Source of the DNA: an uncultured Cytophagales bacterium
GTDB taxonomy: Bacteria; Bacteroidota; Bacteroidia; Cytophagales; Cyclobacteriaceae
Assembly (NCBI GenBank): GCA_942491935.1
Contig: CALOCZ010000028.1
Span: forward strand, 95,719 to 159,718
Direction of reading: 5' to 3'
DNA: 64,000 nucleotides
Positions 56,874 to 64,000 of the stretch are shown one piece after another. Position 1 is the first letter of the stretch, and the number at the start of each line of letters is the position of its first letter. The position numbers were made by a program, and so were the translations under genes. A model generated the notes under the pieces. That model saw only the letters and a list, made by a program, of their open reading frames with translations, made no database searches and was not told where the DNA came from.

Positions 56874-57815
56874 CTATAGGCCGCGCGCCCAGGCTGGCCT
56901 CAGCGGGGCCGCTTCAGGCGCGGCTATAGCCGCACGCAATTCTTGCAGCAGCCGCGGCTTATCCACTCCCAGCGTCCCTTTCAGGATCAACCAGTTCGAG
57001 GCGTGGTCGCTGCGGAATATGGTCCGTTTCAGCTCCAGTTGGGAAAGGAACCGCTCCATTTCCTGCATCAAGCCCAGCACACTGAGCGGCTCCCAGCTGG
57101 GAAAATTTTCGCGCAGCCGCGACTCGCCTTTTGGGAAGCTCACAACAAGCGTGGCGAGATATTCGGGTTGCGCGGCGTTCATCAGCGCCGCCGAGTTCAG
57201 CGCATGCTGACGTGACAGCGCCTGGCCGCCGAGGCCGTTGAGGACCATCACCGAGCGTTTGATCCCCGCCTCTTGCAACTTTTCGAGCGCCTCCCGCGTA
57301 GTCGCGAAGGTTTCCCCCTTGTTGACCCGCGCCAGCACTTCGTCGTCGCCGGATTCCGCCCCCACATAGACGAGCGACAGGCCAAGCTCTGCCAGCTCCC
57401 GAAGCTCCGCCGCCGATTTCTTGCGCAAATTGCGCGGCAGGCAATAGCTCGACACCCGCCGTACGCCGGGCAGATCGCAGCGGATCGCCTCAAGTACGGT
57501 CGCGAGGCGACGGGTTGAAAGCGTCATCGCATCGCCATCGGCCAGGAAAACGCGCTTGACGCCCTCGCCAAATTGTTCGCCGCAGCGCCGGATGTTTTCG
57601 AGCACTTCCTCCTCGCTACGGGGACGGAAGCGCTTCTGCGGGGCGGTGTACATTTCGCAGAATGTGCACCGGTTCCAGGAACAGCCGTCAGTCACAGGCA
57701 GGATCAGCGAATCCGCTTCGCTCGGCGGGCGGTAGACGGGTTCGACATAGCGGATGGGGATGACGGTCATGCGTGAGCGACAGACTTTCCGGAACGGACG
57801 AAGGGGCGAAGACAA
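56874..57815 (-). CDS. radical SAM superfamily protein, unknown substrate
   Basis: 313 aa (the alternative start MTVIPIRY is at 57770). Cluster motif VTDGCSWNRCTFCEMY, followed by a GDA/GxE-type SAM-binding pattern (FLADGDAM, YVGAESGDD). Confidence 0.7.
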   Translation of the reverse strand: MSSPLRPFRKVCRSRMTVIPIRYVEPVYRPPSEADSLILPVTDGCSWNRCTFCEMYTAPQKRFRPRSEEEVLENIRRCGEQFGEGVKRVFLADGDAMTLSTRRLATVLEAIRCDLPGVRRVSSYCLPRNLRKKSAAELRELAELGLSLVYVGAESGDDEVLARVNKGETFATTREALEKLQEAGIKRSVMVLNGLGGQALSRQHALNSAALMNAAQPEYLATLVVSFPKGESRLRENFPSWEPLSVLGLMQEMERFLSQLELKRTIFRSDHASNWLILKGTLGVDKPRLLQELRAAIAAPEAAPLRPAWARGL

Positions 57816-58023
57816 AGTTTAACGCAACAGAAGCGATAATCGAAAACTTTTGCCGGCCGATTGTCGGTCGCGGCGGGGCGAAAGGGGCGTCAAACCGGTT
57901 GAGTTTTTCCCGTCCGGCGCATCCGAGTAGCCGGTGGGAGCAGGCCGCGCCCGGCCAGTGGGTTACAGCCCACTGCATGGTACCCCCATAGAAACTCGAA
58001 GAGGCTCCGTCCCGGTATTGTCA

Positions 58024-58821
58024 GACAAATCTAACCGGGCCTGCGAAGGGTGCTGATCTGAAGCGTTCAGGCTGCGAGTTGACGCCATTCCGAGAAAGCG
58101 GCAGCGCGGTTCTGCTTGAAGATGGCGCGGGGTTTGAGGTGACGGTCGAGGTTGAAGTGGTTGTGGATCGAGGCATGGGCGGCGGCAAACTTTTGGAGAA
58201 TTTTTATGTCTCTGAACTTCGCCATCGCTCGTTCTCGTCGTCGGAATGGCTCGTGTGAATTCTCAGCCAGATTGTTGAGCCATCGACTACACTCCTGATC
58301 GGCCGCATTGCCGATTACTTTCATTGCCGCCCCGTAGGAGCGAAGCCGGTCAGTCACGATCGAACCTGGCCGGCCATAGCGTTTCATCATTCTCTTGAGA
58401 AACTTCAGTGCCGCTTTACGGTCTCGGCGCTTCGTCGCGAAGACCTCAAAAGCGCCTCGCCTTCGTGATCTACCGCGCGCCAGAGATAATGCGTCTCTCC
58501 ATTGATCCTGACGAACACCTCGTCCAGGTGCCAGCGCCATTGTGAAGACGACCGACGATGAAGGCGTCGTTTCCTGATCGCGTTCGCGAACATCGGACCG
58601 AAACGGTTCCACCAGAACCGTATCGTCTCGTGACAGATGTCGATGCCCCGCTCGAACAGAATATCCTCGACCTGCCGCAGCGACAGCGGATAGCGGACGT
58701 ACATCATCACCGTGAGGCGGATCACCTCAGGCGAGCTGTTGAAATAGCGGAAGGGATTGCGCATCGCCGAAGGCTAAGGATGCCCCCTGCTCGGCTCAAG
58801 CCAATTTGCTCTGACAATGCC
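58024..58821 (-). mobile_element. IS6-family insertion sequence, copy 4 (798 bp, transposase frame-shifted)
   Basis: Ends GGTATTGTCAGACAAATC (58024) and reverse complement GGCATTGTCAGAGCAAATTGG (58821). A TT insertion (GCGCTTTTGAGG vs GTGCTTGAGG in other copies) splits the ORF. Confidence 0.8.
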
Positions 58822-58912
58822 CGTGGAAGCGTCGCTCAACTGCTTCCCCCCGCACTGATACAGGGCCAACCACGACGAAGGCGCGTATCGGACGCCAACC
58901 TATTGAAGCGGT

Positions 58913-59395
58913 CTAATCCATCATTTGTAGCGCTATGTCCTCGGCATTGGGCAAAACACCTTCACAAGCCTTTTTGACCTTCTCAGCTGCATCGTTCCGA
59001 GCCCTAAGGTTGGAGTTCCTAAAGTTCAGGGCACTCATACTGTCACCATCACGGCTAATGAAGACTGCACCTTGCTGGCGAGCCAACTCCTCAAGCGCCT
59101 GTCGACAATCCTTTGCCTGTTGCAACCCCTCGCCCTCGAGCCCCTCCCGGTCGAGCTTCACAGCATAGTTTCCATTTTCAATGGCCCAATTGACCGGATA
59201 AGTGATTTTCGCAGTCGCCCCTCCTTGGCTCTTCCTTTTCTTTTTCTTTTTCTTCTTTGGCGGATCGACGATCACCGTGTGCGTGCCGTCTCCGTTGTCA
59301 ATGAACTCGCTTTCGGCAGCGGCTACCGATGGGTGATAGGCCGACAGGAGAGAGGCACCCAAAAGCAAACGGAGGAACCGGGACATAAAGTTCAT
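58913..59395 (-). CDS. small secreted protein with a poly-lysine tract
   Basis: 160 aa with RBS GAGGGGAG and signal peptide MNFMSRFLRLLLGASLLSAYHPSVAAAE. Contains the tract DPPKKKKKKKRKSQGG. It is the only gene between two inverted IS6 copies. Confidence 0.55.
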   Translation of the reverse strand: MNFMSRFLRLLLGASLLSAYHPSVAAAESEFIDNGDGTHTVIVDPPKKKKKKKRKSQGGATAKITYPVNWAIENGNYAVKLDREGLEGEGLQQAKDCRQALEELARQQGAVFISRDGDSMSALNFRNSNLRARNDAAEKVKKACEGVLPNAEDIALQMMD

Positions 59396-59513
59396 AACTC
59401 CCCTCATAAAATAAGACGGATACAAAGGAATTAGCCAACGCGTCGAGAACCGGCGTGATGTCATGAAAACCTCTCTCAAGGCCCCCCCGCAAGTAGAGCT
59501 TAGCAGCCTGGGG

Positions 59514-60320
59514 GGCATTGTCAGAGTAAATTGGCTTGAGCCGAGCAGGGGCATCTTTAGCTTTCGGCGATGCGCACTCCCTTCCGATATTTCAACAGCT
59601 CGCCCGAGGTGATCCGCCTCACGGTGATGATGTATGTCCGCTATCCGCTGTCGCTGCGGTAGGTCGAAGATATTCTCTCCGAGCGTGGCATCGACATCTG
59701 TCACGAGACGGTACGGTTCTGGTGGAATCGTTTCGGTCTGATGTTTGCGGGGGAGATCAGGAACCGACGCTTTCATCATCGGTCGTATTCGCACTGGCGC
59801 TGGCACCTGGACGAGGTCTTCGTCAGGATCAATGGAGAGATGCATTATCTCTGGCGAGCGGTAGATCACGAAGGTGAGGTGCTTGAGGCCTTCGTGACGA
59901 AGCGCCGGGATCGCAGGGCTGCGTTGAAGTTCCTAAAGCGTGCGATGAAGCGTTACGGCCGACCGCGATCAGTTGTAACCGACCGGCTACGCTCGTACCG
60001 ATCCGCGATGAGAGTCATCGGCAATGCTACCGATCAGGAGTGCGGTCGCTGGCTGAACAACCGGGCTGAGAATTCACACCAGCCGTTCCGACGACGAGAA
60101 CGAGGGATGCAGAGGTTCAGGGCCGTAAGGACCCTACAGAAATTTACCGCTGTCCATGCCTCGATCCACAATCACACCAACCACGACCGCCACCTCAACC
60201 GCCGCGATATCTTCAGACAGAACCGTTCTGACGCCCTGGCCGAGTGGCGTCAGCTGGCGGCTTGAACGCCTCACACCAGAGCACCCTTCGCAGCCCCGCC
60301 TAAGTTTGTCTGACAATGCC
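59514..60320 (+). mobile_element. IS6-family insertion sequence, copy 5 (807 bp, transposase with a single in-frame TAG)
   Basis: Ends GGCATTGTCAGAGTAAATTGG and reverse complement GGCATTGTCAGACAAACTTAGG. The ORF 59570-60265 is open except for TAG at 59660-59662 (CAG in the other copies). Confidence 0.8.
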
Positions 60321-60457
60321 ATCAAAACCCTCTCTCACTGCTAACCACATAGTGGTCCAGTTTTAGGGGGCCAAGACACGGTCACACCCGAATCCTGGCG
60401 GACTCCATCACCAACACGTCGGAGTCTAGGTTTTTGGTACACACAGGTATTGCGCGG

Positions 60458-60484
60458 TCCGGGCAGGCCTTAACCCTGCCCGGA
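60458..60484 (-). terminator. stem-loop immediately downstream of katG
   Basis: 10-bp perfect stem TCCGGGCAGG / CCTGCCCGGA with a 7-nt loop, 13 nt past the katG stop. There is no U-tract. Confidence 0.4.
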
Positions 60485-60496
60485 CTTCCTCTTGTA

Positions 60497-63697
<3,201 letters not shown>

Positions 63698-64000
63698 AAA
63701 GCCTCGGACCAGCGCAGTACAAAATGCGTAAGTTCCTCAATTCCAACAACGGTAAGGCAGAACCTGCCCTGATTTGCCAATTGGTTTGCATCCCAATGTC
63801 CGCTTGGGGTCGACGGTTCCGACAAGCTCAGCGAGGCTGTCAGCGCGCTATACTAGATTGTCGGCGAACAGACGGCCAACTAAATGCCAAACCCACGAAC
63901 GGTTTTGCATTTGCGTGGCTGCATTGGATCACTAGCTGACCTCGGCTGCCGATACAGCATGACCGCTTTACATCCGTAAGCAGACATCCGGCCTCGCGAT

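Noticed and set aside
56943-57991. Many overlapping 60-160-aa ORFs on both strands around the radical SAM gene. The same occurs across 61,000-62,400.
   Set aside because: This is the typical stop-codon-poor behaviour of about 60% GC DNA. Only the radical SAM frame and the three katG frames show recognisable protein motifs.
57816-58023. Possible cobalamin or other riboswitch upstream of the radical SAM gene. It is GC-rich, with a 7-bp hairpin CAGTGGG-N6-CCCACTG at about 57956-57975 and GGGAAAA / CCCCGCC-like strings.
   Set aside because: I could not align a B12 box or the conserved core in the right order by eye, and the resemblance is limited to short GC-rich strings. It would need a covariance-model scan (Rfam/Infernal) to revisit.

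Overview
The window is a composite of two unrelated sequence regimes joined at about 48,663. (1) 1-48,662 is AT-rich (about one third G+C by eye), densely coding and Bacteroidota-like. It carries housekeeping genes (K+ channel-like protein, dusB, cdsA, gdh, psd, purE, mtnA) and envelope/glycan genes (GT4, GH27 alpha-galactosidase, lipoproteins). It also has an ECF sigma/anti-sigma cluster with two CX4CH cytochrome-c-like lipoproteins, YceI and a broken beta-barrel gene. Most notable is a ~19-kb block (29.2-48.7 kb). It combines a heptahaem NapC/NirT-like membrane cytochrome, an orphan NrfC/NrfD-type pair and two multihaem lipoproteins (one with a collagen-like GXY stalk, one octahaem but frame-shifted). 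These are followed directly by hemB-hemN-hemE-hemC-hemA, a HemX/CcsA-like paralogue and a ResB-CcsA fusion. (2) 48,663-64,000 is GC-rich (about 60% by eye) and looks like a proteobacterial plasmid-type accessory mosaic. It holds five copies or fragments of one IS6-family element (none intact), a 141-bp MITE-like derivative, a truncated resolvase, a NUDIX hydrolase and a radical SAM protein. It also holds small secreted low-complexity proteins and many frame-shifted genes, including katG and its divergent oxyR-like regulator. Genes on both sides of the join are truncated, so an assembly chimera or concatenation must be excluded before any biology is read across it. No rRNA, tRNA or CRISPR array was recognised by eye.
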